A stretch of DNA of 64,000 nucleotides from Octopus sinensis (Eukaryota): the NCBI RefSeq assembly GCF_006345805.1, contig NC_042998.1, positions 177,320,001 to 177,384,000 of the forward strand, in the 5' to 3' direction. A model generated the notes under the pieces. The model saw only the letters and a list, made by a program, of their open reading frames with translations. It did no database searches and was not told the DNA's origin. Shown one piece after another: positions 13,499 through 25,640 of this stretch (the first letter of the stretch is position 1; every line of letters starts with the position of its first letter). The translations under genes and the position numbers were made by a program.

Positions 13499-14480
13499 AG
13501 GTGTCGGCTAAAAGATTCATTGGCTGACCGAGATACTCCCATGAAATGTGACGAAATGAGTTTTATTTTTCAGCATGATCCCCCTTGCGGCCCACACACT
13601 TCTTCCATCGGCATTGCAGTGCTTGGATCCCATTGATGAAGAAGAGTTCATCCTGTTCGCCAAAGAAAAAAAAATCATCAACAGCTAGTATGACGTCATC
13701 ATCACAGCAATACAGGTTCCCAGCCAAGCGTTTTTTCATGTTGGAAAACAGATGATAATCAAACGGGGCTAAACCAGTAGAATCGTGAGTGTGATCAACC
13801 GGTTCAAAACCAGTTACGCACAGTAGCAGTTGAAAGTAAGGACATCTCTGCTGGAGCATTGTCCTAATGAAACAAGACTGCTTTCGTCAGTTTTCCTGAG
13901 CGCTTGGTCTTGATAGCCTTTCATAACTGCCTCAGCAAGCTGGCATAGTACTATTGATGATGCAGCCCTTTTAAATGCCTTTTGTATCCCAAAATAAAAC
14001 TGAGGCAATCACCTTACCTACAATGAAACGACCCTGGCCTTCTTTGGAGCAGGTAACGAGGGGTGTTCTCATTGCATGGAATGTCTCTTTGTCCCTGGCT
14101 CAAAGTGATGAAGCCAACACTCATTCCGGTTTGGGAAACGTTTAAGGAAACCAGCTGGATGCACCTAAAACAATGTCAGATTTTCCCGTAATGTAATCAT
14201 CCGGCTGCGTTTCCGATCAGGTGTCACAAGACGTGGCACTCACCGAGCAGAAATCTACGTCATACTAAGTTCGTTACGCAGAATATTCTCAACTCTCTCA
14301 CGTGATATGCTAATAGCATTGGCTGTTTGATTTATAGCCAATCGCCTGTCGTGCATCAGCATGTGGTGAACACAATGTTTTCCTCAGTGGTGGCAGTTGA
14401 AGGACATCTAGATCTTGAGTCATCTTCAAGACCCTCTCTTTCCTTCCTAAATTCAGCTTCCATTTTTGCACTGTTGATTA
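13497..14480 (-). mobile_element. Degenerate mariner transposon copy
   Basis: Minus strand gives broken ESLEDDSRS..HDRRL..ISRERVENIL..WVPRL..WLHHFEP..FH*DNAP..DYHLFSNMKK..RWKKCV. Many stops. The 5' side ends at a (TA)n tract. Confidence 0.88.
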
Positions 14481-14487
14481 AGCTGGA

Positions 14488-14575
<88 letters not shown>

Positions 14576-15023
14576 TTCTGTGATATGCTTCACTTGCATT
14601 CTTCAGTGTAAGAATGAATATCCCTTGCTTCGAATGCTTCAAAATCATATTCTACCTCCGCACTATACAGAAGTTTTGTCCATGCAAATTGAATATTTCA
14701 GGCCACGAGTTGTAGTTTTCAATAATAGAGCCCTTTGCTCTCATGCCTTCTTCAAGATCGTTAAGTTATCCTAATATCTTTTGAATGCTGCAATTATATC
14801 TTATTCTGTTACTACAGTTATACCTTGCTCTGAGAATAGAAGTACTGGTAGTGGGCAGAAAGAGCATGCACTTTCTACCGTTGTTATTGCTGTCAATCAT
14901 ACGGATGAAAGATGCGTTGTCCCAAATTAGCAGCGCCTTTTGGTTCATCACTAGAAAGTTTGAGGACATTTTCCTGGTATTTATGCACTAAGAGAATAAA
15001 ATGTGAGAAAAAACAGTTTTTAA

Positions 15024-15234
15024 CCCTTTGTCCTGTGTGCCACATGTGATACATGGGACACATTCCCCTGGCGTCCATGTATCAGAAATGATACACATTA
15101 CCTATTTTTATCAGCCGCCAGGGTATCTTGGAATTTATTAAAAGAAAGCTCTAAAATACCCCCAGAACGTATGAAATAAGGACTAACTAAAAGTTTAAAG
15201 CAAACTTATGGTACTACTTTGGACAGGCAAAGGG
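15024..15234. mobile_element. piggyBac-type MITE (211 bp)
   Basis: TTAA|CCCTTTG(T)CCTGT ... ACAGGCAAAGGG|TTAA. TTAA duplication at 15020-15023 and 15235-15238. Confidence 0.78.
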
Positions 15235-16439
15235 TTAAACATATACATGCTGAACTTCGATTTCTTGGAATGCACTGGTAGCTGACGCATTAAGCCTCTC
15301 AGAATACTCGGTCGTACAGACCTCCTTACACAACTAATTTCAAATGGTGCATCTTGTCTGCGTTCGTACAAAGTTCAAAAATCTTAGTGAAACGCTTTAT
15401 TCTTAAAAGCTTGGGTATGTCAGGGCAGTAATGACTTAAAACAACGTGTATAACATAATGTATACGTAGAACGGCACTGGCAGTAATATCTTGTCTCAGA
15501 GAAACTTTTCAAAATGACTTCTGCAATAAAAATCACGAACTCCTTCTCAACGTCAGCGGATCGTCAGACACAGTGTTTCGAACTCATTTAGACACCTCAG
15601 TGACGAACATAACTGTACTTCTGAGCGAAACCAATTCTATGTAATATAGAAACCGCTGAGCAAGATATTCACTGATTTGAGCTAAAGCTGACCAGATTAA
15701 AAATAAATCAATGTAAGTACCTTGCCAAAGCAACAGATTAAAATAACGATGTGTATAATAAATACGGTCGAAGCATCGCGTCTTTCAATCCGCCGACATT
15801 ATGGGTGAGCTTCGTTTCTTAACACATCTATTTGATAACCAGCTTAACAGGAGACAGTTTAACAAAAGTTCACACACACACTCACTCTCTTACAGAAAAA
15901 TCCAACAATCGCCATTGAGTAGAAGTTAAAACAGTCTTGATAGTTTATTTCCACTTAAAGCTATTAAACGTTAATATCTTGAAGAAAGTTTTGATTATAC
16001 AAAATACACCTTTCTCTTTATAAATACATGGGTTTGTCTCTGGTTGAAGGATTTGATGAATCGTAAACTTAAGCTTCTTACGAACTAAGACTACGATCAG
16101 GGTTAAAATAAATCTAGTAATTTCACTAAAGTTAATATCTCTCAGAGATATGTATGCACAACTGCTATGGAAAAAAAAAGGAAAATAAAAATTAATTCCT
16201 CTAAGAGCTTTGCTGACACCCAAAAACATCTATTTTGAAAATATAAAGTTTCTCGTTTAAAATTTACTTGCAGAATTATCAACAGCTTGAAAAGAAAAAA
16301 TGGTTATTTTTTTCCGATTTATTTTTATCTGTTAGTTACAGAATAATCAGTATCTATGACCTATTGAAAGTTTGATGAACTCGAAATTTGGTTTGGGCCT
16401 AGTAGATTGACATCTAGAGGGGAAAAAAACCACATGGGC

Positions 16440-16780
16440 AGGGAAGAAATTCTGGAGGTCACAGTTCTGAGTTAGAAAGGGTTATGCAATCTCTACTGCC
16501 GGATTTGGAGAGTAGGCGATACTTTAAGAGGGAGATCAGTGCACCCAATCTTGAATGGAAGGTGTACACAGATAGCTATTTCAGCAGGATAGAGGGAAGC
16601 CATTATTAGTAGCAGTAGAAAAGACATAAAGTAGATACACCGCATACGTGAACTAGAGGTTGGTGTGGGTCTTTACTAAGCGGCTAAATAGCATTCAATG
16701 GATGTAGTCTAGGATATTTGCATGAGAGCAGAAAGATGGTCACCAACTGGGCAGAGCTGGAGAATTTGCAGAACCTGAAA
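16440..16780 (-). mobile_element. Highly degenerate LINE 3' fragment (L2/Crack-like)
   Basis: Broken minus-strand translation resembles RR.VASLSLFYRYY.G.CS.EL. Confidence 0.4.
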
Positions 16781-17116
16781 AGGAATCTTAACCTTCAGGG
16801 TGGTTTTGACGATGCTAAATACGCGAGGTTGCACATTGTAACTGTGCACTGTATATGTATGCAGGAATTCTTGTAGACGACTGTACCCTTGGTATATGTA
16901 ACAGTAAATGTATCACTGTATAACATACAAAACAGAAGCAAAAACAAGGCTGGCACCGCTACAAACACTAACATAATACTTTGTTCAATCAGCAACGACT
17001 GTACTCTGAGTCTCTTCCTTGGCAGAGATCACAGAAGTAGGAAGATGACCAAAACTCAGAACTCCCAATAGAAAACAACAACTAGAACAACCACATCACC
17101 ACCTCATAATCAAAAC

Positions 17117-17494
17117 AAGTAGCTTGCTTACCAACCACATGGTTCCGGGTTCAGTCCCACTGCGTGACACCTTTGGCAAGTGTCTTCTACTATAGCCTCG
17201 GGCCGACCAAAGCCTTGTGAATGGTAGACGGAAACTGAAAGAAGCCCGTCGTATATATGTATATATATATATATATATGTGCATGGATGTTTGTCCCCCT
17301 AGTATTGCTTGACAACCGATGCTGGTGTTTTTATGTCCCTGTCACTTAGCGGTTCGGCAAAAGATACCGATAGAATAAGTACTGGGCTTACAAAGAATAA
17401 GTCCCGGGGTCGATTTGCTCGATTAAAGGTGGTGCTCCAGCATGGCCGCAGTCAAATGACTGAAACAAGTAAAAGAGTAAAAGAGTAAAGAGTA
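17117..17494 (+). mobile_element. SINE family A, slightly 5'-truncated
   Basis: Same head, core and tail, ending in (aagagta)n. Confidence 0.9.
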
Positions 17495-17528
17495 TAATGA
17501 AATGACATATTCATAACGTCTTCAGTAC

Positions 17529-17948
17529 TACTCTTTTACTTGTTTCAGTCATTTGACTGCGGCCATGCTGGAGCACCGCCTTTAGTCGAGCAAATCGACC
17601 CCGGGACTTATTCTTTGTAAGCCCAGTACTTATTCCATCAGTCTCTTTTGCCGAACCGCTAAGTGACGGGGACGTAAACACACCAGCATCGGTTGTCAAG
17701 CAATGCTAGGGGGACAAACACACACATACACACACAAACACACACACATACACACATATATATATATATATATATACTTATATACGACAGGCTTCTTTCA
17801 GTTTCTGTCTACCAAATCCACTCACAAGGCATTGGTCGGCCCGGGGCTATAGCAGAAGACACTTGCCCAAGATGCCACGCAGTGGGACTGAACCCGAAAC
17901 CATGTGGTTGGTTAGCAAGCTACTTACCACACAGCCACACCTGCGCCT
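17529..17948 (-). mobile_element. SINE family A, full length
   Basis: Reverse-complement copy directly after the previous one. Confidence 0.9.
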
Positions 17949-18096
17949 ACATTCATGAACAAACACATATGCAAGGAAACCCCACTGCCACCACCAAAAC
18001 ATATCAACGCTCCAATATGGCCACAGCCCACTAGGTGGAACAAGTAAAAAAAAAGTAAATAAATGAATGAATAAAACAATTTATAATTCCAAAAGT

Positions 18097-18102
18097 TTTA
18101 TT
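18097..18102 (-). terminator. Candidate distal polyadenylation signal for PDXDC1
   Basis: AATAAA on the minus strand followed by U-rich sequence, close to the CpG-depletion boundary. Many such hexamers occur by chance. Confidence 0.25.
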
Positions 18103-19272
18103 TCAATAATCCCTCGTTTTCTTGCTATAACAAATTCTAAAAGGCTTATTTTTTATTTAATGTGCTTGTTTTGTATCTTTTGTCTTCTGTTTTGTTTTGT
18201 TTTGTTTTGTTTTGTTTTGTTTTTCCTCTTCCATTTTCTATACAGTGTAATCAGCTTACATAAATATTTATCAACATCATTTATTTACTTTGTAACTGTT
18301 AAATATGAGAAAAATATCTACATCCTCAAAGTAGAACAACACTATTTCATAACAGGCGTTCTACTTAAATGTAATAAAGTACTAACAGAGTCTTTCAACG
18401 GTTTGAAATAATCGTTCCTCACATTGACACAAAGGCCACAAATTCAAACGGAGGAGAATATATATGATTAAATCAACCCCAGTACATATTTATTACTTAT
18501 TTTATAGACCCTGGAGTGATTAAAGGCAAAGTTGACTCAGGCGGGATTTGAACTCTGTCAAGTCGTATAAGTGGATAATACTCGACAGCATTTTGTCTGG
18601 TTCTCTATAGATAATGTCATCTACCACCCTTGCCATTTTTCATAATAAAAATAATTTCTTAAATAGGTACATGGCCAGAAATTTGGGAGCAGGAACAGCT
18701 TATTATATTGCCCCAGTACTCAACTGGTACTCTCTTTATCAACCTCAGAAGGATGAAAGGTAAAGCTGACCCCAGCAAACTTGAACTTAAAAACAACTAA
18801 ACACCACAAGGCATTTTGTCTGGCACTCTCCTGATTGTCATCATCTGCCTTTGTAATTAATAATAGCATCTAATTAAGTGCAAAGTTTTGCAAAGCAGAC
18901 AAGAATCATCTTACTCATTGCACAATGCCTCACCTGTACAGGACTATGGACACATTAGCTGATACAGGAAACTCGCATCTTATCCACTTTGCCATAGCAC
19001 TCTCCAGAAATAATAATAATAATAATATCATCAACAATAATAACAATAATATCTGGATTTGGTGAGAGAAATTATTAAAATTTTGGTAAATGCATGTAAA
19101 TGTTATTCTTTTTGTGAAAGAAATATTGAAAGCAATACCAAAAACTAAAATAGCTGACATTTTTTTTTTCATTTTACAGTCCTTCAGAGCACACCCGATG
19201 TCATTAAACCTCAAACACATGCATCTATCATGTGATCAACATGGAATTAACGATGATGATTACTTGTAGTAT

Positions 19273-19273
<1 letters not shown>

Positions 19274-19313
<40 letters not shown>

Positions 19314-19332
19314 ATAGAAGTAATAGTAGTAG
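19274..19332 (+). repeat. (TAG)n microsatellite
   Basis: Direct reading. Confidence 0.95.
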
Positions 19333-19963
19333 TTTCACTCTATTAGAATTACTTAGTTAAAGAAATATACTTAGCAACGAGAGAATGTTTCCATGACTAC
19401 ACCATGTCTGGGTTCATTATTTTTGTGTCAATCATTATTAATTAATTGAAATAAATAAATAAATAGATAAACAGCCAAACATAACAACAGATGTCTGTTA
19501 AAATTTAATTAGTGAATTAAGTATAGAAAAAGGAACAAAAATACAAAAACAAACCATAACAGAGTACTCCCCTGAAAACTCATTAAGGTTTTACCCCACC
19601 CCTCAAACAAAAGGAAAAAAACATTACAGTACTCCCCTGAAAAGAATGATATTGGATTAAAAAAAAATATGAAAAACAAATTTGGTCTCATACCATGGAC
19701 ACCACAGAGTTTCTGTGATATCTATCACATTTTACAGATATTTTGTTAAATAACATAAATATAATGTTTCTTTGTATCTGTTATATATTCCCCTTTGAAT
19801 AGAAAAATGAAAGGATTTTTTTTTCTTTTGTACCCACATTGCATTAACCCACAGCAGCTACAGGAAATTAAAACTACTTCAAGAAATATCAGACTCTCTC
19901 TCATCATATTATATATGTATATATACATATACACATATACAAATATATGTATACTTATGTGTG

Positions 19964-20007
<44 letters not shown>

Positions 20008-20071
20008 TATATACACATGTATATATACTTATGTATATACACACGCATAAATATATACATACACATGTTTT

Positions 20072-20107
<36 letters not shown>

Positions 20108-22270
20108 ATATATATATTTATACACATGCGCGTATGTGTGTGCATGTGTGAACAGAAAGATACTCACACATACATCATCTCACTTCGAGAAAGAAAAAGT
20201 CTGAAAAAAAAATGAATAAAGACAGACAGAAGGTCATATATTTCAGTTAATCAGATTTATCCAAATCTTAAACTACTAGTTATTTTATTAACTCAGAAGG
20301 GTAAAAGGCAAAGCCAACCTCATAGGGATTTGAACTCAGAAATGTAAAGGAACATCACCAACGAACTTTGTTCAATGCTCTGCCAATTCTGCCATCCATC
20401 CGCTGCCTTACTAGTTATAAGAAGCAGAAGAAAAATACACAAAAAAGGAAAATCAGAGAAATGAGAGAAAGGGAGGGAGGGAGTGACTGATAAAAGCAAA
20501 TCAGTCTTGAAGACTGAGAAGGTAAAACGTCTTCAAAAGACAAACATGTCAAGATGAATCAAAGTTGTGAGGAGAAACCAAAACAAATGAAATGAGAGAA
20601 TGTGATAGGTGAGAGTGCTAAATTAGAGGGGAAACAATAGAAGACTGATGTCATTTCAAGACTGCCGGTAATCTTGCATGAAGGTTCCAAACAAACAGTA
20701 ACTGAGATGAAATGGAATGCATTGTTATATCCCAAGACTACTTTGCAAGAGGAATATGAAAGGCATGGCTTTCATAACAAAGATCAGCATCAAGACACAA
20801 ATCTCTGGTGATTCTCTCATCAATGGAAACTTTACAGTACTTTCAGACCACACTGAAATGGTATTTAAGTTACCTTACCCAGGCTTCAAAGGAAGTATGT
20901 AGTCGATACTGCAGTTAATTAAATAATTATGCATACACTTGAAGCTGTACAGATCTTTAGATAACTATAAATGGACAACCTGTCCACCCAAACAAGCGTT
21001 AACTGCCTTGTCAATGGACATTTGACAAAATGTGAAGAAAATATCAACCATTCAGCTGAAAGTTCATTACCTTATCAACAAAACCAACTCTGCAAATATT
21101 TTCCGCAAGAAATAGCATCTTACATAAAAAATACCAGAGATTTAGTTGATGTTTCATAAACACTATCATGTGTATTGATGAAGACAGTAACAGGCAACCT
21201 TGAAATAATCATAATAGTGAGTACCTTCACTTAGGTCTTATTTTTGTCAAATTTCTTAACGATTTGGGGATTATATTCAAAGAAACAAAACTGGACATAA
21301 TCAAGATGTTTATACATTCTAATAACAAAAAGACTTTAAAATAAATTTATATCAATTATATGAAACGAAAATTTTATCATCATTATTATATTCTCAAGTT
21401 TCACTACCATTTCACCTGGTAAATAATATTAGTGGTTTCCTTCATTTGAGTTTGTATTGCATTTGTTGATGCATGAACTAAAAATGCCACATGAACAAAA
21501 TGAGTTTAGAGTTGTTCCTTAAATTTTCTCATACACTTTATTCACCAACAAGTATGGAGCTAATCTTTTATTCATTGTCTAGTTTCAGTCATTAAACTGA
21601 CCATTCTGGGGCACCACTTTCAGGGGTATATAGTTGAATACACTGACATCAGTGCAAGAACATTACTTCATCAACTTCAAAAGAGTGAAAGACAAAAGTG
21701 ACCAAGAGAAAAATATGAATTTTCATGTCCTTATGCAGGGGACTAAGAAGCCAACCTTTTCTGTACTATTCAAATTCAAAAATTTTAGAATAATGTACAG
21801 CCAAAGTTATCATATATACAAACAGATTATCAAGAACATATTAAAAGAGAACACTCGTAAAGATGTTCACTTTTAAAAACCAAAACATGTGTGAGAGTCA
21901 AATAAAGGTAAACACATAAAGCTTATGTGTACCTCCATTATTAGGAATTTATAATGTGATATAAAGATGGGCAAATTTATAATGAAGATTCTTTGCAATG
22001 AAGAAAGAGAATAATACAATTTCAGTTTATTGAATATAGACCTTGGTAAAATACTGTTAAACAAGAAAGAGGGAGAGAAAATATTAGAAGGTGGAGGAAG
22101 AGGATAAAAAGACAATAAGGCAGAGTTTGGGACAATCAATGACAGAATTTTATCTCTCTTTATCAAATCAGATAATTGCAACATTTCCCCTACATGTGAG
22201 CACATAGGTTATGCAGGTCTATTTGGATAACAGAACCACTGGAGTGAGTCTGTGTGTGTATGTGTGTGTG

Positions 22271-22307
<37 letters not shown>

Positions 22308-22920
22308 CATAACTTTAAATGTGTATGTTTTTATGCAAATACGTATAAATAAAATACACAATTCCAGAAAGTGGGAACCATGCCTTTTAAATACAGAGGT
22401 GTTTATGCTAAGAAACCAAATAATAAACAAAATAACCAAATAATTTGCATGAAGAATGAGAAACTGTACCACTGACACCTTTTCCAAAACCATTAACAAT
22501 AAAAGTGTGATTCAGATTTCAATTGAGAGTCAAAAAACAAGTGTGGCTTGGTTTGCTAAGAACTTACTACTGCCACAATTTCTCCCAACTAGAAAAACAG
22601 CCTGTTCACTTCACTGAACCATATCCTCTCTAGTCTTATCAAACTTGCAAGGATGAGAGTCAATGTTGATCTCAAAAAAATGTGAACAGAGAACAGTGAG
22701 GTGCCAATGCAAAGCACACATAAAACTACCTTATCATTGTTTCCCCGCAAAGCTAATGGGGCGAAACATCACATATGCCTTTTACCAGTTCATAAATGGT
22801 TATGTTTGAAACTGCTTTGACTAAAGATCACAATAGTAAGGCAGTAAACCAGGTAGCATAAAGCATCAAAAGTGGCTCTTGACAGACTGTACTGCTATCA
22901 CTGCTAATATAATTGTAAGA

Positions 22921-22982
<62 letters not shown>

Positions 22983-23022
22983 TATATATATATATAAAAT
23001 ATAATATATATATATATATAAA

Positions 23023-23095
<73 letters not shown>

Positions 23096-23451
23096 ATATA
23101 ATATAATAAAATTTCCTCTTGTAACTTTGGTTTCCTTTTCAAGAATTAGGAATGTTCTAGTCAGGTCTCTCAACAGAAATAATTCTGCTGCAAATTTTAA
23201 AAAAATAATTACTGTAAGAAAAAGTAAGTATGTGTATTTATTTTTGTAGTGGTCTGTCTACTTGTATGTTTGTATGTCTATGTGTCTACGTGTGACCTCC
23301 TGTAGATTGCAGTAATGATAACATGAGAAACTAACTGTATGATAAGCAATGTTTCAGATTCATAATTCACCACACACACACGACATTGTTCACTTTCATA
23401 AGCATGTATACAACACTCTTATGTTTTCTGACCCCAACAAAACCAACAAAA

Positions 23452-23482
<31 letters not shown>

Positions 23483-24028
23483 CGTGATTGAATGTGTGTG
23501 GGCGGATATATATATTTGATGGCTGGAAGTCAATTTCAAGTAATGCTATCACCTGCACCTTATTGGTATCTTAAACGTGGGTAGCACGGGTGTGGCTAAT
23601 CAAGCCTGATAGGGACTTACGTTCTTTTGCACAGACGTGGCAATGATGGGTGCCTCTTGTAATAGTACAATACTGTTTTGGTGAATTTTTATATGACACA
23701 CATTTTTTCCACACTCCTTGCAAGAAGAGATGCTGTATAATGCACACTTAACAACAACCCTGTGTGTGTGGCTTCTCTGGCGATATATATACACACACAC
23801 AGACACACACACATACATACATACATACAGACAGACACACACACACTGGCATACACACAAACAGGTGGCTCTGTCAAAGCTAACAAACCGAAAACATCCA
23901 GATAATTGTTTCAGTTACAAAAACTTCCTATAAAGAACCTAATTAGAAAATGAAGACCAAAAAAAAAAAAATGAAAAATGAAAAAGAAATATTGGGACAG
24001 CTGCACATTGCAGGTGAAAATAGTAATG

Positions 24029-24072
<44 letters not shown>

Positions 24073-24444
24073 TTTAGTTGCCTAACTTTTAAATTTTCCA
24101 GCTGCTTAGTATAGAAGCCAACTATATTCTGCAATATAGATATACCCTAAAATACCCTGTTATGTGTAATATAGATAGATATACCCAAGGTAGCATGTAG
24201 AGTTCCACACAGCTCACTTCTGTGTTAGTTCACTAGACTCTGTTGTAGCAAGCTCCCTGAAAGTACAATAAAAAAAAAAGAAAAGAAAACATTCAATCAT
24301 AAAGAATGACATGTAGAATTTTAAAAAGACATATTCTAATTTGGTATTGACAACTACTGTTTCTTTGTTTTCTTTATTTTGAACTTATATTTCAATTTCT
24401 GTCTGAAAATATTTTCTATTCATATGTAGCTGTGATACCAGTGC

Positions 24445-24823
24445 CATTGGCATGTAAGAGAACCATCCGAACGTAGCCGTTGCTAGCACCGCTCCGACTG
24501 GCCTCCGTGCCGGCAGCACGTAAAAAGCACCATCCGATTGTGGCCATTGCCAGCCTCGTCTGGCCCCCGTGCCGGTGGCACGTAAAAAGCACCATCTGAT
24601 CGTGGCCGTTTGCCAGCCTCGTCTGGCACCTGTGCAGGTGGCACATAAAAAGCACCCACTACACTCACGGAGTGGTTGGCGTTAGGAAGGGCATCCAGCT
24701 ATAGAAACACTGCCAGATCAGACTGGGCCTGGCACAGCCTTCTGGCTTCCAAGACCCCAGTTGAACCGTCCAACCCATGCTAGCATGGAAAACAGATGTT
24801 AAATGATGATGATGATGATGATG
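24445..24823 (+). mobile_element. SINE family C (RTE-type 3' end, (GAT)n tail) with internal ~58-bp tandem subrepeats
   Basis: gtggcacgtaaaaagcacc units, then ggagtggttggcgttaggaagggcatccagct ... ccaacccatgctagcatggaa..gttaaatgatgatgat. Confidence 0.88.
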
Positions 24824-25549
24824 ATTACCCTATGATACTCAGACCTGGTGAAAGTTTTCTTGTTTTATTTGTACACATGAATGTCACAGTTGGTTGACTC
24901 AGTCGAGTGTCAGATTACTGAACAACAGTTTTTGCCGTATTACATGAGATAAAGAAAACTCAACTTCAAATAACTGCCAAAGATAGGTACAATTGATGAC
25001 AGAGTCACCATAAAACTGGTCAGTGTTTTGTTATTATTTGGCAGTACTTAGCTCTAATTTCCTCATCAGAACCAACAATAAGAAAACTACACTTTGACTC
25101 TTCCCTTTAGTCACTACATGAACATGAAATTCTTCAACCCTATGCATTATAGAACAATGCTTTTATAGTATATGAATATTTTTGTGTCTGCTTGTCATTA
25201 ATAAATCAATCGTGAAATATAGCCAAGCAGTCTAACATATGTGCTGTATCTAGTTGTATTCCACATAACAGCTGCTGAGTTGCAAAATTTAAAATCTTGA
25301 TTTTTCTGGTCACAAATCTAGCACCTATTAGGAAAAGCAGCCAAAACTCCAGCAAATCACAACCTACTATTTTAAACAGGGCATAAGATACTGAATAATG
25401 CAGTCACAGAAGCATCAGGTTGGGAATGCTTTTGATCAACAATAGGTCAACTCAATTAGAGCAGGCCTGAGGCTAAGCTACAATAACAAAATTACGATTT
25501 TGTTAAATCTAGCTCTTACTTTTTGAGCTCTACTAACACAGTAAAGAGT

Positions 25550-25640
25550 TCAACTAATACTGGAACAAGAAATCAAAAGCATTTCTAGTAAACTCAATAT
25601 TACAAAGGAGGATTCCAGCACACGGGCATCTGTGGATACC
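25550..25640 (-). CDS. PDXDC1: Candidate terminal PDXDC1 exon: (G)VSTDARVLESSFVILSLLEMLLISCSSIS*
   Basis: Strong pyrimidine tract ttttctttttataactctctctag|, phase 2 compatible with the 26983 donor. No homology support. Confidence 0.4.

Noticed and set aside
23153-23187. Phase-2 reading GRIISVERPD*, resembling the GRIIS start of exon 27346
   Set aside because: Only five residues match, nucleotide similarity is poor and the phase does not fit a mutually exclusive exon. Treated as coincidence.
24480-24660. Spaced ~58-bp direct repeats that superficially resemble a CRISPR array
   Set aside because: Internal tandem subunits of SINE family C with non-unique spacers, in a eukaryotic context.
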